Assembly (NCBI GenBank): GCA_964475005.1
Contig: CAYYUZ010000002.1
Location: 9,272 to 73,271, forward strand
DNA length: 64,000 nt
Origin: an uncultured Spirochaetales bacterium
GTDB taxonomy: Bacteria; Spirochaetota; Spirochaetia; JABEVK01
Reading direction: 5' to 3'
Shown here: positions 55,972-64,000 of the stretch, one piece after another
Numbering within the stretch: position 1 is the first letter of the stretch
Layout: each line of letters opens with the position of its first letter
The notes under the pieces: generated by a model
Told to the model about the DNA's origin: nothing
The model's database searches: none
The model's input: only the letters and a program-made list of their open reading frames with translations
Made by a program: the position numbers and the translations under genes

Positions 55972-57771
55972 CTACAGCGTGAACTTCGTTATGACGGCGC
56001 TCAACGCGCTGATCTGGTCGCTGTTGAGGTGACCCACCACTTCCAGAAGCTCGCTGGCTTTCCGTATGCCGTTGGTCGCGTCCTCGATTTCGTGCATCGA
56101 CGCGTTCAGCTCTTCGCTGACAGCCGCCAAGTTGTGCATCTCCGTCCGGATCGATTGGCTGCCTGACGTCACTTCGGCGGCGTTGTCCTTGACGTGGGTG
56201 GTGATCGTGTTGATTTCACCGATGGCTTCGAGAATCTGCATCGACCCCGACTTCTGTTCCTGCATGGCGTTCTTGATTTCGAGTTCGTAGCGGTTGAGGA
56301 CGGCGATTTCGTCGATGACGAGTTGGAAAGCCCTCTGGGACTCGTCGGTTGCCGAGGCCACGGTGACAATTTCCGCAAGGATGGCGTTGATGTCACGGCC
56401 GATCTCCACGGACTCTTTGGCCGAGGATTCGGCCAGTTTGCGGATTTCATCGGCAACAACGGCAAATCCCCTGCCCGCGGACCCGGCGTGAGCGGCTTCG
56501 ATGGCGGCGTTCATGGCCAACAGGTTGGTTTGAGCCGAAATTGTCTTGATCATCGCGTTAGTTTCCAGGAGCTTGCGGCTCTGCTCACCCACGACTTTGA
56601 CCCGTTCGCCGACCACCCCCAATTTGGCTTTGCCGACGTCAGAAGCGTCGATGAGCTTGGTGAACTCTTCACCCATGAGTTCCACGTTCTTCGAGACCGA
56701 TTGGATATTGGAGGTCATTTCTTCGATAGACGCCGACGACTGGATGACCGAAGTTGCCTGGGAATTGATGTCTTGCTGCAACCCTTCGACGTTGCGGACG
56801 ATCTGGTTAATCGTGGCCGCCGTTTCGGTCACGCTGGCGGCCTGATTCTGAACTCGTGCGTTCACGCTTTCCACACTCTTTCCGATCGTGTCGACCGCCG
56901 TGCCAGCGTCTTCGATCGCTCTGGCGAGTTGAGATCCGACTCGTTCCAGCGCGTGGGAGCTCCCCTCAACGTGCCGGATCGACTCCACGAGATCGCTCTG
57001 CATGTGATCAAGACCGCGCAACAGGGCTCCAAACTCGTCCTTGGGTGTCAGGAGCTTCGCCTCGACCCTGAAGGCCAAGTTCCCTTCGACGATGGCGTTG
57101 GCAAGGGTCAGCGCGTGTTTGAGGGGCATTTTGATCATACGGACGATGAGGAGCCCGACCAGCACAGCCAGAAGCACCGAGACAAGGCTCGTTGCGATCA
57201 GCACGTAAACAACGAACTCAGCTTCCTTGTTTTGATCGGTGCTCGTCGTTCCAGCTTGAAACTTTTGACTCTTGTCGAGGGTCTTGAACGACTCCATGAT
57301 CTGGTCAAAGGCCACGTCAACCTGCGCAAACATCACCTGCTGGGCTTCTTTCCTCTTATTCTCCTTGACCAGCTTCACGACCTGAGCAGCGTTTTCATCC
57401 ATGGCTTTGGCGTCGGTGAGAATTTTCTGAACGACGCCATTTTGACTTTCATTCTTGTTGGTGCTGGCAAAATTGGTCAGGGTAGAATTGAAGACCTCAG
57501 CGTCACTGGCCAACTCCTCGTCGAGCCCGCCAAACTTCGAAGTGTCGAGCTCGGCCAAGTACTCGTAGAGGAGACGCTGGTAGTCCAGCTGCGCCTGCTG
57601 CGCCGAGTCGACAGAAAGGATTCCATAGACGGAGTCTTGAACCAAGTTTTTCTCAGATTCCACGGCCCTCAGCAAACTGGCGATACCGACAAGAGAAACA
57701 AAAACCACAAGAACTACGAAGACCGCAAAGGCGGCCCCGAGTTTCAACCCCACCGAGAAATTCCTGAACAT
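55972..57771 (-). CDS. methyl-accepting chemotaxis protein (4HB/HAMP plus MCP signalling domain)
   Basis: [36 protein letters not shown]. Signal/[30 protein letters not shown] 57771. Confidence 0.85.
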   Translation of the reverse strand: MFRNFSVGLKLGAAFAVFVVLVVFVSLVGIASLLRAVESEKNLVQDSVYGILSVDSAQQAQLDYQRLLYEYLAELDTSKFGGLDEELASDAEVFNSTLTNFASTNKNESQNGVVQKILTDAKAMDENAAQVVKLVKENKRKEAQQVMFAQVDVAFDQIMESFKTLDKSQKFQAGTTSTDQNKEAEFVVYVLIATSLVSVLLAVLVGLLIVRMIKMPLKHALTLANAIVEGNLAFRVEAKLLTPKDEFGALLRGLDHMQSDLVESIRHVEGSSHALERVGSQLARAIEDAGTAVDTIGKSVESVNARVQNQAASVTETAATINQIVRNVEGLQQDINSQATSVIQSSASIEEMTSNIQSVSKNVELMGEEFTKLIDASDVGKAKLGVVGERVKVVGEQSRKLLETNAMIKTISAQTNLLAMNAAIEAAHAGSAGRGFAVVADEIRKLAESSAKESVEIGRDINAILAEIVTVASATDESQRAFQLVIDEIAVLNRYELEIKNAMQEQKSGSMQILEAIGEINTITTHVKDNAAEVTSGSQSIRTEMHNLAAVSEELNASMHEIEDATNGIRKASELLEVVGHLNSDQISALSAVITKFTL

Positions 57772-58008
57772 CGATATCCCCCACACAAAGACAAGTCTAA
57801 GGCAGGCCAGTCGAAAAGACGTCGAATATCAGAAGAACTGAACTCCGACGTTCCCAAAGAGCAGCATTAGGTTTGGCTGTCGTTATTTTCGCGGAAGAAC
57901 GTGCCATGCCCGTCAAGGGACCGCGGACAGATCCTTCCAGTACGAGGGTACGACTTTCCCGATCACAGTTCCAGTTTTGGGCTATCCTATGATACAAAGG
58001 GACGCCCA

Positions 58009-58614
58009 ATGTACCATATCAAAGAGGATGCCCGATCTCTTCAGTCGGTGGAATGGTTGCTTGTCGCCTTGGGCGAACTGATGAAAACCGCAGCTTTTTC
58101 CCAGATCAAAGTCGTGCAACTGGCGGCGAAGGCGGGTCTTTCCCGCTCCACCTTCTACAGGAACTTCGACGAAACCGAAGACTTGCTACGGTACATGGTC
58201 GACAGGGACTTCTCTGACCTCTTCGCTGCTGTCCTGGGTTACTACAGGGAACAAACCGTCTCGGGAAAGGGGTTTCGAACGGCGTTTGTCGTTCCCTTCC
58301 TGCGATTTTGGGAATCGCGGTTTCGCACGGTGGAGCTGATTGTCCTGGCCGGCCGAGAATCCTTCCTCTTGGCGGCCTTCGGCCGACACGCGCGCAAGGT
58401 TCTGTCGCTCAGCGAAAACAGTAACTTTCTTTCAGACGAGGCCAAGGAATACTTTGTGGCGATGCGGTCCGGTGAGGCCATCGGTCTCCTGATCTACTGG
58501 GTCAGCCAAGGGAGAAGCCTCTCCCAAGAAACACTTTCGAACCTCGTGATTGCGCAAACTCTCGAGTCGTTCGACATGGATTTGAACCTGCGGCGCGAAC
58601 CTGTCGACGACTAG
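58009..58614 (+). CDS. TetR family transcriptional regulator
   Basis: HTH FSQIKVVQLAAKAGLSRSTFYRNF. ATG 58009. Upstream of an MFS efflux gene. Confidence 0.8.
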   Translation: MYHIKEDARSLQSVEWLLVALGELMKTAAFSQIKVVQLAAKAGLSRSTFYRNFDETEDLLRYMVDRDFSDLFAAVLGYYREQTVSGKGFRTAFVVPFLRFWESRFRTVELIVLAGRESFLLAAFGRHARKVLSLSENSNFLSDEAKEYFVAMRSGEAIGLLIYWVSQGRSLSQETLSNLVIAQTLESFDMDLNLRREPVDD

Positions 58615-58661
58615 CTCAATTCTTAGTATTTTGGTCACATCAAATCCCCGGTAGGTAATCC

Positions 58662-60107
58662 TTGAGTCCCTCCCCCCTTGGGCTTCGCGGCCCCCGTGGC
58701 CCGATCCTTCTGGCCCTTATGGTTTCTTCGGGTTTGGCGGCCCTCGATGCATCCATTTTGGCTACCGCCATTCCGGCCATTGTTCTCGACCTTGGTGATT
58801 TCGCTCACTTCCCCTGGCTGTTTTCGATCTATCTCCTGGCGCAGGCGGTTTCCGTGCCGCTATACGCCAAGCTTTCCGACGTCTTGGGTCGCAAGCCCAT
58901 CCTTCTTTTTGGAATTGGCCTCTTCCTGACCGCATCGGTATTGTGCGGTGTGGCTTGGTCGATGCCCCTATTGATTCTGGCTCGTGGCCTGCAGGGATTG
59001 GGAGCCGGCGCCATTCTCCCCATGACCATCACCATTGCAGGAGACATTTACACTGTCGAAGAACGCGCCAAGACACAGGGCTACCTCGCCAGCGTGTGGG
59101 CCGTTTCTTCGGTGGTTGGTCCGACTCTGGGCGGTCTGTTTTGCCAGTACCTTTCCTGGCGCTGGGTGTTCTGGATCAACCTACCTCTGGGGTTCGTGGC
59201 TGTAGCGCTGCTGTTGAAGAGCTTCCATGAAAAGGTGACCCACCGCGATCACAAGATCGACTTCCTGGGCATCGTCTTAATGACCGTATCGCTGGGTTTG
59301 GTCATCCTAGGCATTCTTGAAGGGGGCCAGGCTTGGGCTTGGAGTTCCCCGATCAGTGTGGGGGCCTTGGTCGGAGGAACCGTTCTGTTCGGAATCTTCC
59401 TTTTCGTGGAACGACGCGCGGCAGAACCCGTTCTTCCCCTTTGGATCTTCACCAGGCGGCTGCTGGTGACCACCTCGATCGCCGCCTTCGGAATGGGAGC
59501 CATCCTTTTAGGCCTGACCTCGTACATTCCGACTTACCTCGTGAAAACGCTGGGTGCGACGCCCATCGTGGCGGGGCTGTCGATTGCCGCCATCTTGGCC
59601 GGTTGGCCGCTTGCCGCGACGTTCTCTGGCCGTTTCTACCTGAAGATCGGTTTTCGGCGGACAGCGATCCTTGGCCTGGGACTTGTCTCCGTTGCAGTCG
59701 GCGGCCTGACGCTTGTCGTCGGTACGCCCTCCTTGCTGGGAATTACGGTGTTCTGCTTCGTCGCGGGCATGGGCTTCGGGCTTTCCGCGACGCCGACCAT
59801 GATCGCCGCACAAGCCAGTGTGGTCTGGCACGAACGCGGCGTTGTGACCGGCAATAATCAATTTGCACGGGCCGTTGGAAGCGCCGTAGGAGTCGCCATC
59901 TTTGGTGCCGTCGCCAACGCGGTCCTGCGCGCTTCGAGCGGAGGGGCCGAAGTCGCGGCTAACCTTATTCAGGCTACGGGGTGGGTCTTTTCTGTGGCTT
60001 TTGGGTTTGCTCTGCTGACTTGGCTGGCTGCGTGGGCGATGCCCAAGGATCCGCCGGTTGGGCCCGCTTCAGGCGCACCAAACCCCGAACCGACTGCCGT
60101 CGAGTAG
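58662..60107 (+). CDS. MFS transporter, DHA2 (EmrB/QacA) family
   Basis: 14-TM pattern; LDASILATAIPAIV and GRKPILLFGIGLF are DHA2-like. TTG start as in the ORF track, so start uncertain. Confidence 0.8.
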   Translation: MSPSPLGLRGPRGPILLALMVSSGLAALDASILATAIPAIVLDLGDFAHFPWLFSIYLLAQAVSVPLYAKLSDVLGRKPILLFGIGLFLTASVLCGVAWSMPLLILARGLQGLGAGAILPMTITIAGDIYTVEERAKTQGYLASVWAVSSVVGPTLGGLFCQYLSWRWVFWINLPLGFVAVALLLKSFHEKVTHRDHKIDFLGIVLMTVSLGLVILGILEGGQAWAWSSPISVGALVGGTVLFGIFLFVERRAAEPVLPLWIFTRRLLVTTSIAAFGMGAILLGLTSYIPTYLVKTLGATPIVAGLSIAAILAGWPLAATFSGRFYLKIGFRRTAILGLGLVSVAVGGLTLVVGTPSLLGITVFCFVAGMGFGLSATPTMIAAQASVVWHERGVVTGNNQFARAVGSAVGVAIFGAVANAVLRASSGGAEVAANLIQATGWVFSVAFGFALLTWLAAWAMPKDPPVGPASGAPNPEPTAVE

Positions 60108-60110
60108 CGA

Positions 60111-61805
60111 TCAGTCCGTTTTGAACCGCGTGGCCAGAGCGACAAGATCCTCAAGGAGCTGCTTGTTGGTTTGGGTATGCTCAGAGATCGAATGGATGGC
60201 CATCGTGGTGTCGCGGATGCCCTGGGAAATCTCAGCAGAACTCGAATGCACGGTCTGGCTGATCTCCTTGAGCGCCTGGATGCGTTCCTGAACCGCTCTT
60301 GTATCCTTATCGATTTCACGCGCGTGGTTGGTCACGTTCTCGTTGAGCTGCGACGCAGCCCCGAGAATTCTGACGGTTTCATCGACGGTTCGCGAAGATT
60401 CATGGATGGAATCGACAGTCCTCTGCGACTGCGCCTCTGCGCTCGAAATCGTTGAGTTAAGACCCTCGAAACTCTTCTCGACTTCTTGCGAAGAATGGAA
60501 GATCTCCTGGATGATCTTCATCATGACGCCGATGTCGGCTTGAGTCTGTTTGGCCTGAACCGCAGAACTCTCGGCCAGATTGCGGATTTCCTCAGAGACG
60601 ACGGAGAACCCCTTTCCGGCCTCACCCGCGTGCGCCGCTTCGATGGCCGCGTTCATGGCCAGCATGTTCGTTCTAGCAGCGATGTCGCCGATGGCCTCGG
60701 TGGCACCCACGAGGCTGTCGGAACGCGAAAAGATCTCGTTAATTTTGCTGTTGACCTCGGCGAGGAGTCCCTTGCTTTCCAGGTTGGCCTTCGCGATCTG
60801 CGTGAACAGCCGCGCGTCGGCCATCACCGATTCACGCACCAGCCCCAAGCCGTCGGTGATCTTCGAGACGGAATCGACAACCCGGATCAGAGTGTCGCTC
60901 TGCTCCATAACGCTGTACTGCTGGCTGGAGAGCCTCGTGACCATGCCGTCGAGGGTCTTGACGACCGTGTTTACACTTTCGGTTTGCACGTCGATGTTCT
61001 TCACAATAGAGACAACGTTTGTGTTGATCTCGTGTGCTCCCGAGGCAGTTTCCTGGGTATTGCTCGCTAAGCTATTGGTACTTTCCTGCAACCGCGTGCC
61101 GATGGAAACCAGCTGGCGAATCATGGCGGCCAGCTTCTCTCGAAACTGATTGAAGTACTGGGCAATCAAACCGATTTCGTCCTTGGAAACTACAGGAACC
61201 TTGATCGTGAGGTCACCTTCTCCCTGGCTGATCTGCGCCAGAACCTTGTCGAGACCCGAAAGCGGACGCTTGACCATCACGTTCATCAACGCAGCGATCA
61301 AAAGGGCCAACAAAACATTCGTGATGATGATCAGCGCAACTTCGAAGAGGACCTGTCCCCGAACCCGTTCGAAGATTTGGCCATAGCTGACTTCGAGAAT
61401 GACTTTGCCGACAACGGTGCTTCGGTCTTTGACGTCGGCAGACAGACTGATGTCGCCCTTGGGAATCTTTGCCGGGTCGGGCGACGAGGAGAGTTCGCCG
61501 TTGATCCAAGCGCTTTCGGTCACCGTGGAGTCGGTTTTGTCGGTGACCTTGGCATAGACGATGATATGGCCCTGCATCTCGCCTTGAATCACAAAGTCGG
61601 CCTCGTCGAGCGCTTTGTTGACTACGGGATAGGCCAAATTGTGCGCCAGGCGGTTGAGCGCCGCGTGAGACTCGGCCTGAATCTGAGCCACCTCGGTTAG
61701 CCCGATGGTGACAATCCGCAACACTCCGCTGGCCAGCAAGACCAGCGAGATGCAGACTCCAGCGATGACGATGAACTTGACGGAAAGTGATCGTGCTTTG
61801 GCCAT
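60111..61805 (-). CDS. methyl-accepting chemotaxis protein with periplasmic Cache-like sensor domain
   Basis: [37 protein letters not shown]-terminal TM, about 150-aa periplasmic region, second TM, then HAMP. Confidence 0.85.
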   Translation of the reverse strand: MAKARSLSVKFIVIAGVCISLVLLASGVLRIVTIGLTEVAQIQAESHAALNRLAHNLAYPVVNKALDEADFVIQGEMQGHIIVYAKVTDKTDSTVTESAWINGELSSSPDPAKIPKGDISLSADVKDRSTVVGKVILEVSYGQIFERVRGQVLFEVALIIITNVLLALLIAALMNVMVKRPLSGLDKVLAQISQGEGDLTIKVPVVSKDEIGLIAQYFNQFREKLAAMIRQLVSIGTRLQESTNSLASNTQETASGAHEINTNVVSIVKNIDVQTESVNTVVKTLDGMVTRLSSQQYSVMEQSDTLIRVVDSVSKITDGLGLVRESVMADARLFTQIAKANLESKGLLAEVNSKINEIFSRSDSLVGATEAIGDIAARTNMLAMNAAIEAAHAGEAGKGFSVVSEEIRNLAESSAVQAKQTQADIGVMMKIIQEIFHSSQEVEKSFEGLNSTISSAEAQSQRTVDSIHESSRTVDETVRILGAASQLNENVTNHAREIDKDTRAVQERIQALKEISQTVHSSSAEISQGIRDTTMAIHSISEHTQTNKQLLEDLVALATRFKTD

Positions 61806-61847
61806 CGCTCCTCCCTTGCTGTCCTACAGGCTCCTCTTTACTCGAAA

Positions 61848-63035
61848 TCAGCGTTTAACGCGACGGGTAGCCACGTCGAAAATGACCGCCAAGGCCAGAA
61901 CGGCACCGCGGACGACGTACTGCAGCGACTCGTCGACGCCCATCAAGTTCATGCCGTTTCGCAGCGACATATAGACCAAGGCGCCGACCATGGAACCCGT
62001 AATCTTGCCCACGCCGCCTGCCGCCGAGACACCGCCGATGTAGGCTGCCGCGATTGCGTCCAACTCGAACAACGTGCCACCCGTCGGGCCAGCCGACTGT
62101 AACCGCGACGAGAACAAAATGCCGGCCAAGGCTGACAAGAGTCCCATCGATCCAAACACGAGCAGGGTGATGTTGCTGACGCTGATACCCGAAAGTTCAG
62201 CGGCTTCTGGGTTGCCGCCAACGGCGTAGATGTGACGGCCCAAAATGGTCTGCCGAGAAACCCAGTCATAGATGCCAACCACAACGAGCATGACAACGAC
62301 TGTCCAGCCCATTCCGTTGTAGCCAGCGAGCTTCCAGGTAATGAAACCAATGGCGGCAGAAATCAAAACTAGCTTGAGGACCAGCATGTCGGTCGGGATG
62401 ACGTCAAATTGGTAGGACTTCTTTTGCTTTCTCGACCGGAGATCGGAGATGATGAACCAAATCACGGCCAAAACTCCCAACAGCAGGGTGACCTTGTGCA
62501 GGCCGGGCAGGAAGGGACTGTCATCGGGGAAGAAGTCCGGAATGCTGCCGTTGCCCAGCGCCACGAAGGCGGGATCGGAAATGTTGATGGTTCCCGTCGA
62601 TGTGGTCGACAGCAAAAGGAAGCCGCGGTAAATCAACCAACCGGCCAACGAAGCGACAAACGAGGGGATTCCCAGTTTCGCCACCGGCAGGGCCGTCAGC
62701 AGACCGGCCAGGATTCCCAGAAGCAAGACCGCGGGGACCACGATCAAAATGGACCAGTGAAGGACACTCAGCCCGATCGCGGCGACGGCGCCGAGAAATC
62801 CGGCCAAGAACCCGACAGACAAGTCAATGTGCCGAATGACGATGACCAAGGTCATGCCGACGGCCAAAACGGCAATGTAGCCCGTTTGATTCATCAAGTC
62901 AGCGATGTTGCGGGACGACAAGAACAAGCCGTTGGTCGCGATCGTAAAGATCGTCATAATCACGAACAGGGCGATAAACATCCCATAGTCGCGGATGTTT
63001 TTGTTGAGGGCTTTTTGCAGATCTTGGGTGGTCAC
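61848..63035 (-). CDS. sugar ABC transporter permease (CUT2, XylH/RbsC-like)
   Basis: About 10 TM segments. Xylose/ribose-type permease sequence. Confidence 0.85.
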   Translation of the reverse strand: MTTQDLQKALNKNIRDYGMFIALFVIMTIFTIATNGLFLSSRNIADLMNQTGYIAVLAVGMTLVIVIRHIDLSVGFLAGFLGAVAAIGLSVLHWSILIVVPAVLLLGILAGLLTALPVAKLGIPSFVASLAGWLIYRGFLLLSTTSTGTINISDPAFVALGNGSIPDFFPDDSPFLPGLHKVTLLLGVLAVIWFIISDLRSRKQKKSYQFDVIPTDMLVLKLVLISAAIGFITWKLAGYNGMGWTVVVMLVVVGIYDWVSRQTILGRHIYAVGGNPEAAELSGISVSNITLLVFGSMGLLSALAGILFSSRLQSAGPTGGTLFELDAIAAAYIGGVSAAGGVGKITGSMVGALVYMSLRNGMNLMGVDESLQYVVRGAVLALAVIFDVATRRVKR

Positions 63036-63065
63036 GGGCGGGTCTCCTTGGTTTCTTGGTTTCGG

Positions 63066-64000
63066 TTAGCTTGTCGCAAGATGCATGATCTTTTCCTGGT
63101 CAGCTTCTTCCCGGGAAAGTTCACCGGCGATCCGGCCCGCCGAAACGACGTAGATGCGGTCGCTCATTCCCAAAACCTCGGGAAGTTCCGACGAGATCAT
63201 GATGATGCTCATTCCCTGTTCGACCAGACGATTCATGATGGTGTAAATCTCATACTTCGCACCCACGTCGATACCGCGCGACGGTTCATCGAGAATGAGA
63301 ATCTTGGGCTCGACGAAGAGCCACTTGGCGATCGACACCTTCTGCTGGTTACCGCCGGAAAGGTTCACGACAGTCTGTTCAACGCTCGGGGTCTTGATCT
63401 TTAGGGCATTTTTGTAGTCGTTGGCTTCTTTGACTTCACGGTTGGCGTCGAGAATTCCGCGGTTGGAAACCTTTTCGAGGTTCGCCAGGGTGATGTTCGA
63501 CTTGATGTCTTGAATCAGGATGAGGCCGTTGCCTTTGCGATCTTCCGACGCGTAAGCCAAACCGGCTTGAATCGCCTCCCCGGGATGCTTGAAGCGCTTC
63601 TTTTGTTGATGAAAGGTCATCTCGCCGCGAAGCTCATAACCATCGGGATTGCCAAACAGGCTCTTGGCGAGTTCGGTTCGTCCCGAGCCCATCAGACCGG
63701 CGAAGCCGATGATTTCACCTTTGTGCAGATTGAATTGAATGTCCTTCAGAACGGCACGGCCAAGTTTGGGACTGTAGGCGTTCCAGTTCCTCACGTCGAG
63801 CACCACTTCGTCGGTAACGCAGTTGCCGCGGGCAGGATAGATCTTGTGAATTTCACGTCCAACCATGTTCTTGATCAGAACCGACTCAGAAACTTGGCCT
63901 TTTCTGGCATCGAGGGTGCAAATGGTCTTGCCGTCACGCAACACCGTGACGGTGTCGGCGATCTCGATGACTTCCTTCAGACGATGCGAGATCAACACCG
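63066..64000 (-). CDS. sugar ABC transporter ATP-binding protein, C-terminal portion (gene continues beyond window end)
   Basis: Second-half ATPase domain with LSGGNQQK, ILDEPSRGID and a Walker A (GLMGSGRT). The ORF is open to the window edge. Confidence 0.8.
   Translation of the reverse strand, partial: VLISHRLKEVIEIADTVTVLRDGKTICTLDARKGQVSESVLIKNMVGREIHKIYPARGNCVTDEVVLDVRNWNAYSPKLGRAVLKDIQFNLHKGEIIGFAGLMGSGRTELAKSLFGNPDGYELRGEMTFHQQKKRFKHPGEAIQAGLAYASEDRKGNGLILIQDIKSNITLANLEKVSNRGILDANREVKEANDYKNALKIKTPSVEQTVVNLSGGNQQKVSIAKWLFVEPKILILDEPSRGIDVGAKYEIYTIMNRLVEQGMSIIMISSELPEVLGMSDRIYVVSAGRIAGELSREEADQEKIMHLATS

Noticed and set aside
57787-58008. Promoter or operator for the TetR - MFS pair (TATCCTATGATA near 57984..57995)
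   Set aside because: Only a 4-bp-arm palindrome overlapping a TATGAT -10-like hexamer, with no convincing -35. Too weak to list as a feature.
1037-64000. The many other 60-200-aa ORF-track entries that overlap the annotated genes in alternative frames
   Set aside because: All are embedded in, or antisense to, longer ORFs with clear homology-type motifs. They have R/P/G/A-rich low-complexity translations expected from GC-rich off-frames.

Overview
This 64 kb window is a high-GC (roughly 58-62%), gene-dense bacterial chromosomal segment, coding on both strands, with short intergenic gaps and frequent 4-nt ATGA start/stop overlaps. GGAGG-type ribosome-binding sites are common. The content is dominated by carbohydrate uptake and utilisation with heavy regulatory investment. 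There are three sugar ABC transporter systems (one CUT1-type, two CUT2/Rbs-type), GH31 and GH3 glycosidases, and a HAD phosphatase. Regulators comprise AraC-type (three stand-alone cupin-HTH regulators plus one fused to a response regulator), one LacI, two TetR, two DeoR, one WYL regulator and two two-component systems. There are also three methyl-accepting chemotaxis proteins, two DHA2-type MFS transporters, pyruvate phosphate dikinase (PPDK) and protein-L-isoaspartate methyltransferase. A large OmpA-domain surface protein with repeated Ig-like modules is present. The most unusual region is a ~17 kb island (about 31.9-49.3 kb) holding two separate glycyl radical enzyme (GRE) plus activase pairs in inverted orientation. 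These pairs bracket sugar-modifying enzymes: two GMC oxidoreductases, a Gfo/Idh/MocA dehydrogenase, an RPE-like epimerase, a ROK kinase and a BNR-repeat protein. The island also contains a 614-aa ASKHA-fold protein with an N-terminal extension, translationally coupled to GRE activase 1. The gene content implies an anaerobic (GRE, PPDK), motile, diderm (OmpA), saccharolytic bacterium. No rRNA, tRNA, CRISPR array, transposase or integrase was recognised. The ORF track prints GTG/TTG starts as M. Several starts were re-positioned to internal ATG/GTG codons with upstream ribosome-binding sites or signal peptides, and these are the least certain coordinates.
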